Source: Parasphingorhabdus sp. (GTDB lineage: Bacteria; Pseudomonadota; Alphaproteobacteria; Sphingomonadales; Sphingomonadaceae). Taken from it: 64,000 nt of DNA. Location of the stretch: assembly GCF_039968395.1 (NCBI RefSeq), contig NZ_JBDVPV010000001.1:522327-586326 (forward strand). Reading direction: 5' to 3'. The translations under genes were made by a program, and so were the position numbers. Under the pieces are notes generated by a model. That model was not told where the DNA came from, ran no database searches, and was given only the letters and a program-made list of their open reading frames with translations. Shown piece after piece: positions 8,996-17,970 of this stretch. Numbering within the stretch: the stretch's first letter is position 1; each line of letters starts with the position of its first letter.

Positions 8996-9504
8996 ACCGC
9001 CGGCCGTTCAAACAGAGTCACCGGACTACCCTTATACTCCTGTTCGTCAAATGGTTCATATCCGAGTTTTGTCGCGAGCCGGATCGAAGGCAGGTTTTCC
9101 GTACTGATGATGCAGACCGTTTTGTCCGGTTCATGCTGTTCGATCAGCCAGTCATGTATCGCCAGTCCGGCCTCTTGCGCATAACCCTTGTTCTGGCCTT
9201 TGCCCGAAAAAATCCAGGCCGCTTCGTGAAACGGGTCGAATTGCGGACCGAGACCGCGACGGAATTCGCCAAACCCCATTTCGCCGATGAAATTGTTGCT
9301 AGATTTTTCAATGACTGCAAATAATCCATAGCCGTGCAGACGCCAGCGACCGGCATTGGCCAGAAAACGCAACCATGCATCATCATCGGAAGACAGTTCC
9401 GGTCTGATATATTGCATGACTTGTGGATCCTGAATCATCTGGCGATAGGCGTCAAAATTGTCTTCGACATGCGGTTGCAGCAACAGGCGTTCGGTTTCGA
9501 TCAT
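8992..9504 (-). CDS. GNAT family N-acetyltransferase (RimJ/RimL-like)
   Basis: The 170-aa product begins MIETERLLLQP, which is typical of the Acetyltransf_3 type. The acetyl-CoA motif region is KGQNKGYAQEA. Confidence 0.8.
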   Translation of the reverse strand: MIETERLLLQPHVEDNFDAYRQMIQDPQVMQYIRPELSSDDDAWLRFLANAGRWRLHGYGLFAVIEKSSNNFIGEMGFGEFRRGLGPQFDPFHEAAWIFSGKGQNKGYAQEAGLAIHDWLIEQHEPDKTVCIISTENLPSIRLATKLGYEPFDEQEYKGSPVTLFERPAV

Positions 9505-9516
9505 CTGTCGACCCCG

Positions 9517-10932
9517 CTAAAAACCGACCAGACCGCTGGCTACCGCCAAACCCAGGAAGGCCATGAAGCCCATGGTATCGGTAATCATGGTGACGAATAC
9601 GGATGAAGCGAGTGCCGGATCCTGATCCATCCGATCGAGCATGACCGGTACGAATATGCCGGCAAATCCTGCAATGACGATATTGATCAACATGGCTGCG
9701 CCGATGACGACGCCCAGCATCGGGTTAGTAAACACCAGTCCGGTACCTATGCCCACCAGCACCGCAATTGTCCCCCCGTTCAGCAAAGCTATTCGGAATT
9801 CGCGTCCGATAATCCTGCGGGTGTTGGATCGCGTCAGCTCGTTCATTGCAAGGGCGCGCACAGAGACTGCCATTGTTTGCGTGCCGGCATTGCCTCCTAT
9901 CGAAGCAACTATTGGCATCAGGATGGCCAGTGCAACCATCTGCTCGATAGCGGCTCCAAATATCGAGATGACAAAGCTGGCAACCAGTGCTGTGGCGAGA
10001 TTGGCCACCAGCCAGCGAACCCGGGCTCTGTAACTGTCGCGGATAGGTTCGTTAATATCGCCTTCGCCTGCGCCGGAGAGCAGCAGGACATCTTCGCTGG
10101 CCTCGTCTTCGACAATGTGAAGGATATCATCAACCGTGATCATGCCGATCAACCGCCCGTCTTCGTTGACCACGGCAGCGGAGATGAGATTATATTTCTG
10201 AAAGCGCAGGGCGACTTCTTCCTGATCCATGTCGACCGGGATCATCGTCTGTTCGCGTTTCATGATGTCGGACACTGCAATGTCGCGCGGGACTCGCAAT
10301 ATCCAGCTGAGCTGGCATGTACCAACCGGCCGATGGGCCGGATCCACAACATAGACTTCCCAGAATTCAGTGGTCAGGTCACCATGTTCGCGCAGATAAT
10401 CAATCAACTGACCGACGTTCATATGTTCTGGAACCGCCACCAGATCCCGCTGCATGATCCGGCCTGCTGATTCTTCAGGATAGGTCAGGGCGCTTTCAAT
10501 CGCCGCACGGTCTTCGGCATCGAGTTCGGCGAGAACAGCCTTTTGTTCGCCTTCCTTCAGATCCTCGATAATCGCGACCGCGTCATCGGTTTCCAGTTGC
10601 TCCGTGAGGTCGGCAATCTGGCCCGGATCAAGCACTTCGATCAAATCTTCGCGAACGTGCTCGTTCATTTCGGCCAATACGTCCGCGCTGACCAGATCTC
10701 CCAGGGCTCCGGCAAGCGGCGCGCGCGCATCTTCATCGACCAGTTCAAACAGATCGGCAATGTCGGCATTATGGAGCGGATTGACCAGTTCCTGAGCGAG
10801 ATTGGAATCTTCGGAATCGACGGCGTCGGAAACCGAGCGGACAAATTCGTCGGTCAGCCGATTGTCTTCATCCAGGCTTTGGGGCACAGTTTCTACTTCG
10901 GTACCATCGGGTGCATTGGTCAACTCGGTCAT
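9517..10932 (-). CDS. mgtE: Magnesium transporter MgtE
   Basis: The product has an MgtE N-domain, tandem CBS domains and a C-terminal 5-TM domain. I prefer the start at MTELTN (10932). Confidence 0.9.
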   Translation of the reverse strand: MTELTNAPDGTEVETVPQSLDEDNRLTDEFVRSVSDAVDSEDSNLAQELVNPLHNADIADLFELVDEDARAPLAGALGDLVSADVLAEMNEHVREDLIEVLDPGQIADLTEQLETDDAVAIIEDLKEGEQKAVLAELDAEDRAAIESALTYPEESAGRIMQRDLVAVPEHMNVGQLIDYLREHGDLTTEFWEVYVVDPAHRPVGTCQLSWILRVPRDIAVSDIMKREQTMIPVDMDQEEVALRFQKYNLISAAVVNEDGRLIGMITVDDILHIVEDEASEDVLLLSGAGEGDINEPIRDSYRARVRWLVANLATALVASFVISIFGAAIEQMVALAILMPIVASIGGNAGTQTMAVSVRALAMNELTRSNTRRIIGREFRIALLNGGTIAVLVGIGTGLVFTNPMLGVVIGAAMLINIVIAGFAGIFVPVMLDRMDQDPALASSVFVTMITDTMGFMAFLGLAVASGLVGF

Positions 10933-11107
10933 GTCGATGCTCCCCGCTCTAACGTCGAACCCCATCCGGTTCTCGACCGCTGTCTAGTAGCACTACACGC
11001 CCAAATGCAATGTTTTGTGACATTTATCGAAAGCAGCGGGTGATTTTTTGTTTGGCTGTGCCTATATGCGCTGCAACGAAATTTTCTCATCGAAAAAGGA
11101 ATTGCAC

Positions 11108-11557
11108 ATGGCACATGAAAAAATGACTCTTCACCTTGATTCTGGTGATGTTGAAATCAAGCTTCGCGCTGATCTGGCTCCTGGCCACGTCGAACGGATT
11201 ACCCAGCTGGCGGCAGACGGTTTTTATGACGGCGTGGTATTCCATCGCGTCATTGACGGTTTCATGGCCCAGGGCGGCGATCCAACCGGGACCGGCATGT
11301 CAGGATCCGACAAGCCCGATATTGCCGCCGAATTTTCCCAGGAACCTCATGTCCGCGGTGTCTGCTCAATGGCGCGCACCATGGATCCAAACAGCGCCAA
11401 CAGTCAGTTTTTCATCTGTCTGGATGATGCGACGTTCCTCGATGGTCAGTACACGGTCTGGGGTGAAGTGACGAGCGGCATGGATGCAGTAGATGCGCTT
11501 CCCAAAGGCGAACCACCAGCAGAGCCTGGGGCGATCAAGTCTGTTACACTGGGATAA
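11108..11557 (+). CDS. ppiB: Peptidyl-prolyl cis-trans isomerase (cyclophilin type)
   Basis: Cyclophilin signatures FHRVIDGFMAQGGDPTGTG and ANSQFFI are present. I prefer the start at MAHEKMTL. Confidence 0.9.
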   Translation: MAHEKMTLHLDSGDVEIKLRADLAPGHVERITQLAADGFYDGVVFHRVIDGFMAQGGDPTGTGMSGSDKPDIAAEFSQEPHVRGVCSMARTMDPNSANSQFFICLDDATFLDGQYTVWGEVTSGMDAVDALPKGEPPAEPGAIKSVTLG

Positions 11558-11593
11558 TTGTCTTTCACGAATATCGATTGCAGGGGGAAAGTG

Positions 11594-12022
11594 ATGCAGC
11601 AAAATGACCGGATATGGATCGGGACATTTTGTTTGTTGCTTGCCTCCTGCAGCGAAACCGAAAAACCGCAGGAGCCGGCATATCCTGACGCGATTTTCGA
11701 GAATTTGCCGTCAGCCGAAGCGGGCACCATTGCCGAGATGCAGGGTGATTGGCAATCGGATGACGATGCCAAAATTCAAATCAATATTACCGGCTCGGAA
11801 TTCCGGACTGTCCGTGACGGACAGGAACAGAATCGCGGGCCTTTTGTTTTTGTGACAGACTGCAAGTCGGGCGATCCCGATCCGCAAGGCACCGCCTTTG
11901 TTGTCCGCGAAGCAGAAGATCGACCATGTTACATCATGTCGGCGGTAACCGAAGACAAGCTCAGCTATATTCATTCAAAGCGGGGCAGGGTGTCTCGCTT
12001 TACGCGTCAGATCGACAAATAA
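11594..12022 (+). CDS. Hypothetical lipoprotein
   Basis: The N-terminus MQQNDRIWIGTFCLLLASC contains a lipobox (LLASC). A GGGGGAAAG RBS lies upstream. Confidence 0.6.
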   Translation: MQQNDRIWIGTFCLLLASCSETEKPQEPAYPDAIFENLPSAEAGTIAEMQGDWQSDDDAKIQINITGSEFRTVRDGQEQNRGPFVFVTDCKSGDPDPQGTAFVVREAEDRPCYIMSAVTEDKLSYIHSKRGRVSRFTRQIDK

Positions 12023-12037
12023 ACGAAAGCGAACCCC

Positions 12038-12601
12038 ATGCGATTGGTCGAAGCCAGAATCCAACCTTTATCCGATGCCGAGCTGGACGCGGAGCAATCT
12101 GCCGCGATCCGCAAAACCTTTCCGGTTGGAACCATTTACAATGTTTTCCGCACATTGATGCGGGTACCCAAAGCCAGCAAGGGGTTCATGGCATGGGGCG
12201 GCTATATTCTTTCGAAACATAATGATCTCGCTCCGCGCGAGCGGGAAATTGTCATCCTGCGTACCGGATTTAACTGGAAGTCCGGCTATGAGTGGGCCCA
12301 GCATGTTCGCATCGGCAAGGACGCCGGACTTACTGATGACGAAATCAAATGGATAAAACAGGGCCCCGAAGCACCGGGATGGTCACCGCTCGAAAGCGCG
12401 ATGCTGCGTGCCGTGGATGAACTGACGAACGATTCCTTTGTGACCGATGCAACCTGGACTGCATTATCGGACCTGAGCGATAAACAGCGCATGGACCTGG
12501 TGATGACTGTGGGCCAGTATACGCAGGTGTCGATGATGCTTAACTCGTTCGGTGTGCAGCTGGATGAAGGACTGGAGCTCGATCCCGATCTGAAGGTCTG
12601 A
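12038..12601 (+). CDS. Carboxymuconolactone decarboxylase (AhpD-like) family protein
   Basis: The 187-aa product contains REREIVILRTG..W.S.YEW..H, which is typical of the CMD family. Confidence 0.75.
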   Translation: MRLVEARIQPLSDAELDAEQSAAIRKTFPVGTIYNVFRTLMRVPKASKGFMAWGGYILSKHNDLAPREREIVILRTGFNWKSGYEWAQHVRIGKDAGLTDDEIKWIKQGPEAPGWSPLESAMLRAVDELTNDSFVTDATWTALSDLSDKQRMDLVMTVGQYTQVSMMLNSFGVQLDEGLELDPDLKV

Positions 12602-13480
12602 CTAGAGACCGGCCTTGATCACCCAGTCGTGGAATATCCGGACAGCCCGGTTTTTCTTGTCCCGTTTGCGACAAACGAACCAGTAGCTGTAGGGACTGTC
12701 GACATCATGATTGAAGAGGCGGGTCAGGCGTGGATCATTGGCGTCCGAGAAATGTCCGCCGTGCATGATTGCAACGCCCAGACCTTGCGCCGCAGCTTCC
12801 AGCATCAGCGGCCCGCTGTTCAGATGGTCGATGCTGGCGGGTTCCAGGTCCGGCAAGCCAACCGCATTTTTCCATTGTTCGAAGGCCCGTGTCATGTCGC
12901 TGTGGACAAGGATATTGTGATTTTTCAGATCTTCCGGTTCGTTGATCGCATTCGGTCCGTTGGTCAGTTCTTTCGACGCGATTGCATAGACCTTGTTGGA
13001 ATCCAGCTTGACGCGATAGAGATTGGGATCAACATGATCAGCGATAATGATCGCGGCATCGATAACGTCGCCCAGCATATTCTCGGCATGAGAAGATGTG
13101 TCGACGTCAATGTGGAGTTTCGGGAAAAGCTGGCGCAATTCCGGAAGGCGAGGCAGCAACCTCGTCGCACCAAACAGAGGCAAAACACCGAGCCTCAGAC
13201 GCAGATCACCACCGCTGACCGTCATCTGATCAACCGCTTCACCGATTGTTTCGAGAGCGGGCGCGACTTCGCTTAGCAGAAGCTTGCCATCGTCATTCAG
13301 TATCATGGCCTGATTGCGGCGTTCGAACAGCGGTTTGCCAATATGCTCTTCGAGCGATTTAATCCGCCGGCTCAAGGCTGGTGCCGACAATGCCAGCTCT
13401 GCGGCAGCCGCTTTGGACGATCCGAGTCTGGCAACACGGATGAAGGCTTCGAGGGCGCGGAGAGGGGGAAGGCGTCTCAT
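12602..13480 (-). CDS. LysR-family transcriptional regulator (GcvA-like)
   Basis: The N-terminal wHTH reads MRRLPPLRALEAFIRVARLGSSKAAAAELALSAPALSRRIKSLEE and is followed by a LysR substrate-binding domain. I prefer the start at 13480. Confidence 0.85.
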   Translation of the reverse strand: MRRLPPLRALEAFIRVARLGSSKAAAAELALSAPALSRRIKSLEEHIGKPLFERRNQAMILNDDGKLLLSEVAPALETIGEAVDQMTVSGGDLRLRLGVLPLFGATRLLPRLPELRQLFPKLHIDVDTSSHAENMLGDVIDAAIIIADHVDPNLYRVKLDSNKVYAIASKELTNGPNAINEPEDLKNHNILVHSDMTRAFEQWKNAVGLPDLEPASIDHLNSGPLMLEAAAQGLGVAIMHGGHFSDANDPRLTRLFNHDVDSPYSYWFVCRKRDKKNRAVRIFHDWVIKAGL

Positions 13481-13543
13481 TACCGAATTCATATCGGAGT
13501 TTATTTCGAATTGTGCAATGCAAAACTTGATAGAAAACATCGA

Positions 13544-13565
13544 ATATGGCTGTTTTCAGCCATAT
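13544..13565. promoter_or_regulatory. Inverted repeat ATATGGCTG-N4-CAGCCATAT in the lysR upstream region
   Basis: The repeat has perfect 9-bp arms and lies about 65-85 bp upstream of the lysR start. This position fits an LTTR autoregulatory site. Confidence 0.35.
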
Positions 13566-13614
13566 CTGTTTTGATAGGTTGCAAATCGTGCAACTCATTA
13601 TGTTTATTTCGCAC

Positions 13615-13712
13615 TTGCAACATAAGCGATTCGGGCGCAATTAGGACGGGCCTTTCAGGCATCCTCTCCTAAAAACTTTTCGGGCCAGTCCTTCGGGATT
13701 GGCCCTTTTTTT
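13615..13712 (+). ncRNA. Candidate small RNA or 5' leader ending at an orphan intrinsic terminator (5' end guessed)
   Basis: A possible TTGCAA-N18-TTTATT promoter lies at 13579-13608. An unpaired-looking CCTCTCCT stretch is at 13663-13670. A strong terminator follows at 13682-13712. No CDS on the + strand precedes it. Confidence 0.3.
13682..13712 (+). terminator. Rho-independent terminator
   Basis: GGGCCAGTCC-TTCG-GGATTGGCCC forms a 10-bp stem with one G-U pair and a UUCG tetraloop, followed by TTTTTTT. Confidence 0.75.
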
Positions 13713-13819
13713 GTCCGTTGCACAGAGCGTCTCGCCTGTCTTTGATAATTCAGAGTCGCATATTGGCATTGTCATCCCTATCTTGCTGGAAACATTAGAA
13801 GCGGCAGGAGATTCTCCCG

Positions 13820-16156
13820 ATGTCTGACGATCCGGAATCAAAGAGCAAGAAAAAGGACGCTGACTCATCCACACTGAAATTGCAGGTCGCCAACGCACGT
13901 TCCGAAGATAGCGGACGCGGCCTCGCCCGGTTGTCCCGTGACAATTTGACCAAATTGGGCCTGATGGAAGGCGACGTTGTCGAGATCTGCGGCAAACAGG
14001 CGACTCCGGCCCGCGCGGTTCTTCCCTATGCGGAAGATGAGGGCCTTGATTTCGTTCGGCTTGATGGATTGCAACGTGCCAATGCCGGTGTTGGATCAGG
14101 TGATTTCGTTGAGATTCGCAAGGTCGAGTCCAAGCCCGCAAAAAAAGTGATATTTGCTCCTGCCCAGAAAGATTTGCGCCTGCATGGCAGTGGCAACGGA
14201 TTGAAACGCAGCTTCATGGGACGCCCTTTGAACGCTGGCGATTTTGTAGCCACCCATGGACAACAGCAAGTCGATCAAAGCGACATGCCCCCCCAGTTGC
14301 GGCAAATGCTCGCTGCGCCGGCTTTCTCGCTTCAGCAGATCCGGCTGACGGTTGTGTCAACTGTGCCCAAGGGCTTTGTTCATATTGACGAGAATACCGA
14401 GGTCGAGTTGCGGCCGGAATATGAAGAGTCGACCGAGCACCGCCGGGCGGATGTCACTTATGATGATATTGGCGGCCTGCATGAAACCATCGATCAGCTG
14501 CGCGAAATGGTGGAGCTGCCGTTGCGCTATCCGCAGCTGTTTACGCGTCTGGGTGTTGATCCGCCACGCGGTGTCTTGTTGCACGGCCCTCCGGGAACCG
14601 GCAAGACGCGGCTGGCCCGGGCTGTGGCCAATGAGAGCGATGCCGAGTTTTTCCTGATCAACGGTCCGGAAATCATGGGGTCGACCTATGGCGAGTCAGA
14701 AAAGAAATTGCGGGAAGTCTTTGAAGCAGCGACCAATGCTGCACCTTCGATCCTGTTCATCGACGAGATCGACTCAATCGCTCCAAAACGCGGCGAAGTG
14801 CAAGGGGAGACGGAAAAGCGTCTCGTCGCACAATTGCTGACCTTGATGGATGGACTGGAATCGCGTCTCAATCTGGTGGTAATCGCCGCAACCAATCGTC
14901 CCGAGGCTATTGATGAAGCCCTGCGGCGTCCAGGCCGGTTTGACCGTGAAATAGTTGTCGGTGTTCCCGATGTCCGTGGACGCAAGGAAATACTCGGGAT
15001 TCATACGCGCGGCATGCCGCTGGAGCCGGCGGTTGATTTGAAAGAACTTGCTCGGACCACTTATGGTTTTGTCGGTGCAGATCTCGCTGCGCTGACGCGC
15101 GAAGCCGCGATTGAGGCGGTCCGTCGGATCATGCCCAAGCTGGACCTGGAATCTGAAACAGTGCCACCCGAAGTGCTCGACGAGTTGGTCGTGCGCCGGG
15201 ATGATTTTGTGGAAGCGCTCAAGCGCGTCCAGCCGTCTGCCATGCGGGAAGTCATGGTCCAGATGCCCGATGTGCGCTGGGAGGATATTGGCGGTCTCGA
15301 TGACGCCCAGACCCGGCTGAAAGAAGGCATTGAGCTTCCCATGAAAAACCCGGAGGCCTTTACCCGGCTTGGCATCAGACCGGCAAAGGGTTTTCTTTTA
15401 TATGGTCCTCCGGGCACCGGAAAAACATTGCTGGCCAAGGCAGTCGCGCGAGAGGCTGAAGCGAATTTTATCGCGATCAAGTCCAGCGACCTGCTGTCGA
15501 AATGGTATGGCGAGAGCGAGCAGCAAATCGCCCGCTTGTTTGCCCGTGCGCGACAAGTGGCACCGACGATTCTGTTTATCGACGAGATTGACAGTCTGGT
15601 TCCGGCTCGCGGTCGCGGCATGGGCGAACCCCAGGTCACTGAACGTGTCGTCAATACGATATTGGCCGAAATGGACGGGCTGGAGGAAATGCAGTCGGTG
15701 ATCCTGATCGGGGCGACCAATCGACCTGCATTGGTCGATCCTGCGTTGCTGCGTCCCGGACGTTTTGACGAGCTGGTTTATGTTCCCGTACCCGGCAAAG
15801 ACGGACGGCGCCGGATATTGGCAATCCATACGTCCAAAATGCCGATTGCCAAGGATGTCGACCTGGATGACATTGCCAAACGGGCTGAGCGCTATTCTGG
15901 TGCTGATCTTGAAGATTTGGTCAGGCGGGCGGGTCTGTATGCGCTGCGCGAACATGGCGGTCTGGTCGAAACGGTTTCAATGAAGCATTTCGAACGCGCG
16001 CTGAAAGACAGTCGTGCGTCTGTGACGCCGGAAATGGAAGAAGAATATTCCAAGATGGAAGCTGCGTTGAAGCAGAATGCTTTGCGGGTCGAACCAATTG
16101 GTTTTGTCGCACCCGGCATGTTGACGCCGGAACGCGACAGCAAGCATGGCGATTGA
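13820..16156 (+). CDS. CDC48/VCP-like AAA+ ATPase (N domain plus D1 and D2 rings)
   Basis: The 778-aa product has a CDC48-type N domain. Both AAA modules carry Walker A GPPGTGKT, Walker B ILFIDEIDS and an ATNRP..RPGRFD SRH. The pore loops are TYGESE (D1) and KWYGESE (D2). An AGGAG RBS lies upstream. Confidence 0.9.
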   Translation: MSDDPESKSKKKDADSSTLKLQVANARSEDSGRGLARLSRDNLTKLGLMEGDVVEICGKQATPARAVLPYAEDEGLDFVRLDGLQRANAGVGSGDFVEIRKVESKPAKKVIFAPAQKDLRLHGSGNGLKRSFMGRPLNAGDFVATHGQQQVDQSDMPPQLRQMLAAPAFSLQQIRLTVVSTVPKGFVHIDENTEVELRPEYEESTEHRRADVTYDDIGGLHETIDQLREMVELPLRYPQLFTRLGVDPPRGVLLHGPPGTGKTRLARAVANESDAEFFLINGPEIMGSTYGESEKKLREVFEAATNAAPSILFIDEIDSIAPKRGEVQGETEKRLVAQLLTLMDGLESRLNLVVIAATNRPEAIDEALRRPGRFDREIVVGVPDVRGRKEILGIHTRGMPLEPAVDLKELARTTYGFVGADLAALTREAAIEAVRRIMPKLDLESETVPPEVLDELVVRRDDFVEALKRVQPSAMREVMVQMPDVRWEDIGGLDDAQTRLKEGIELPMKNPEAFTRLGIRPAKGFLLYGPPGTGKTLLAKAVAREAEANFIAIKSSDLLSKWYGESEQQIARLFARARQVAPTILFIDEIDSLVPARGRGMGEPQVTERVVNTILAEMDGLEEMQSVILIGATNRPALVDPALLRPGRFDELVYVPVPGKDGRRRILAIHTSKMPIAKDVDLDDIAKRAERYSGADLEDLVRRAGLYALREHGGLVETVSMKHFERALKDSRASVTPEMEEEYSKMEAALKQNALRVEPIGFVAPGMLTPERDSKHGD

Positions 16157-16168
16157 TCGATAGTGCGG

Positions 16169-17530
16169 TCAGTTGCTGTTCAAATGCGTTTCGTCGATCT
16201 GCAAGGTCTTGAAACCCCAGCCGAAGATGAAAACACACATGGTGAGCGCCAGCCAGAACGGCAGGGCGCCGCCATAGGTGTAAAGCAGCACGCCAAGAGC
16301 CGGTGAGGCTATAAACGCGACGCCGTTGACAGAGGCAACAATCCCGGCGACCCCGTTTTGCTCCGATCGCTTGACGGCGAGTGATGCACCGGCCGTGAAC
16401 CCGGGCCGAAAAAGTCCAAACCCGAGCGAGCTGATCGCGAAGCCGATAATGATGCCATAGAGGCCGTCGGAAACCCCCACCACAAGACACCCGATGGCGG
16501 CGAGTAGCATGCCCCATAATACAGATGATCTGGGCCCCATTTGCAGCAACGGAATCAATCCCCATTGAGCCAGCAGAGTAGCTGCCGCGCCAGCCATCAG
16601 CACGATACCGGTCATTTCAATGCCGGTTGCCGGATCGCCGCGCAGTCCCAGGCGGTCGAGGACCAGAAAGCCCATAACACCCAGAACAATTGCATGAGCA
16701 TTGCCGCCCATGATGCCGGTAATCAGCCAGGGTTTGATGCGCGCATCGTTCCAGCGCAGGCGCGGCGGCAATTCTGGTGGTGAGGCAGCCTGCTCCGGAT
16801 TCTCATCATGGTCGTCATCGTCTTTCAGACTGTTGGAAGATGGTGCGGAACTATACGGCTCGGACGTGATGACACCCTTGGCTTCAAATCCTGGATCGTC
16901 ATTGGGTAGTTTCAGCGCCAGAGCCACCATCACCACAACACCGATAGCGGCAAAGGCGAACATTGGGCTGGATAGTCCAAAAAAGGGCAAAATCAGCAAT
17001 GGCGCAATTGCCGGTCCGACGATTGTTCCCAGACCAAAGGATGAAGAGATGAGAGACAGCGCTTTGGTCCGGTCCTGCCGGGCGGTGCGGGCGGCGACAT
17101 AGGCTTGAACCGCTGGTGGAGCGGCTGAACCCAAGCCGCCATAGAGGCTTCGGAAAAAAGCAAAAAATATGAAGGTCCAAAGCGCATTATACCAGCCTTG
17201 AAGTCCCAGAAAAAGAGCCAGGCCGGCAAGTGCGAACGAGGACGTGAATCCGATCATGCCCAGATGCATCAGCGCTTTGCGGCCGCGGTGATCGGACATG
17301 CGGGCCCATTTGGGTGCCGTGTAAACCCATAGCAAAGCGGACCAGCTAAAGGCTGCACTGACCCAAAAGTCTGGAATATTGAGCTGGGTTCCGATGGTCG
17401 GCAAAATCGACTGCATCGCGGTATTGCCGGACGCGGTTACCAGCATGACTGAAAACAGCACGGTCATTCGCGTGCTGTCGATTGGCTTGTGTTTTTTTGT
17501 CTGAATCAAGTTGGTGGGAGAATCGGCCAT
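16169..17530 (-). CDS. MFS transporter
   Basis: The product has about 12 predicted hydrophobic segments, an acidic central loop, and an MFS-like G..SDH.GRK motif. I prefer the start at MADSPT. Confidence 0.85.
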   Translation of the reverse strand: MADSPTNLIQTKKHKPIDSTRMTVLFSVMLVTASGNTAMQSILPTIGTQLNIPDFWVSAAFSWSALLWVYTAPKWARMSDHRGRKALMHLGMIGFTSSFALAGLALFLGLQGWYNALWTFIFFAFFRSLYGGLGSAAPPAVQAYVAARTARQDRTKALSLISSSFGLGTIVGPAIAPLLILPFFGLSSPMFAFAAIGVVVMVALALKLPNDDPGFEAKGVITSEPYSSAPSSNSLKDDDDHDENPEQAASPPELPPRLRWNDARIKPWLITGIMGGNAHAIVLGVMGFLVLDRLGLRGDPATGIEMTGIVLMAGAAATLLAQWGLIPLLQMGPRSSVLWGMLLAAIGCLVVGVSDGLYGIIIGFAISSLGFGLFRPGFTAGASLAVKRSEQNGVAGIVASVNGVAFIASPALGVLLYTYGGALPFWLALTMCVFIFGWGFKTLQIDETHLNSN

Positions 17531-17547
17531 GGCGGTCCTATGCCATG

Positions 17548-17868
17548 CTATTTTTCCCAATCATAGCTGCGTTCGATGCTCGCAACGTGCAAGCTGTAGC
17601 TGCTATACCATTTGGCACGTCCGCTTTCGCGGATTGCGGCATGGTCTGAATTGTCCCGCCAGGCTTTGGCTGCCGCGTCATTTGCCCAGTAGCTGACGGT
17701 AATACCCGACCCGTCTTCTGAACGCGAGTGATCCATCCCGCGATATCCATCTTGTTGTGCAGCGAGCGTTTCCATCGCCTGCGCGGCCTGCGCATAACCG
17801 CTATCATCCTCGTCCGTGCGCTGTGCACAAAATATAACCGCGATCGTTCCGGGCGTGAAAACAGTCAT
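17548..17868 (-). CDS. Antibiotic-biosynthesis-monooxygenase (ABM) domain protein
   Basis: The 106-aa product from MTVFTPGTIAVIF fits the ferredoxin-like ABM pattern (..SYW.......W....H). Confidence 0.65.
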   Translation of the reverse strand: MTVFTPGTIAVIFCAQRTDEDDSGYAQAAQAMETLAAQQDGYRGMDHSRSEDGSGITVSYWANDAAAKAWRDNSDHAAIRESGRAKWYSSYSLHVASIERSYDWEK

Positions 17869-17970
17869 GCATGCCTGTTTACGCTTCTGTCTATCGCAGG
17901 CAAGCACGAACTTGTTTGAATTCGATGCTGTTTCGCTCTAGTAAGACAGCTGATTCTCCGGAGGAAAAAT

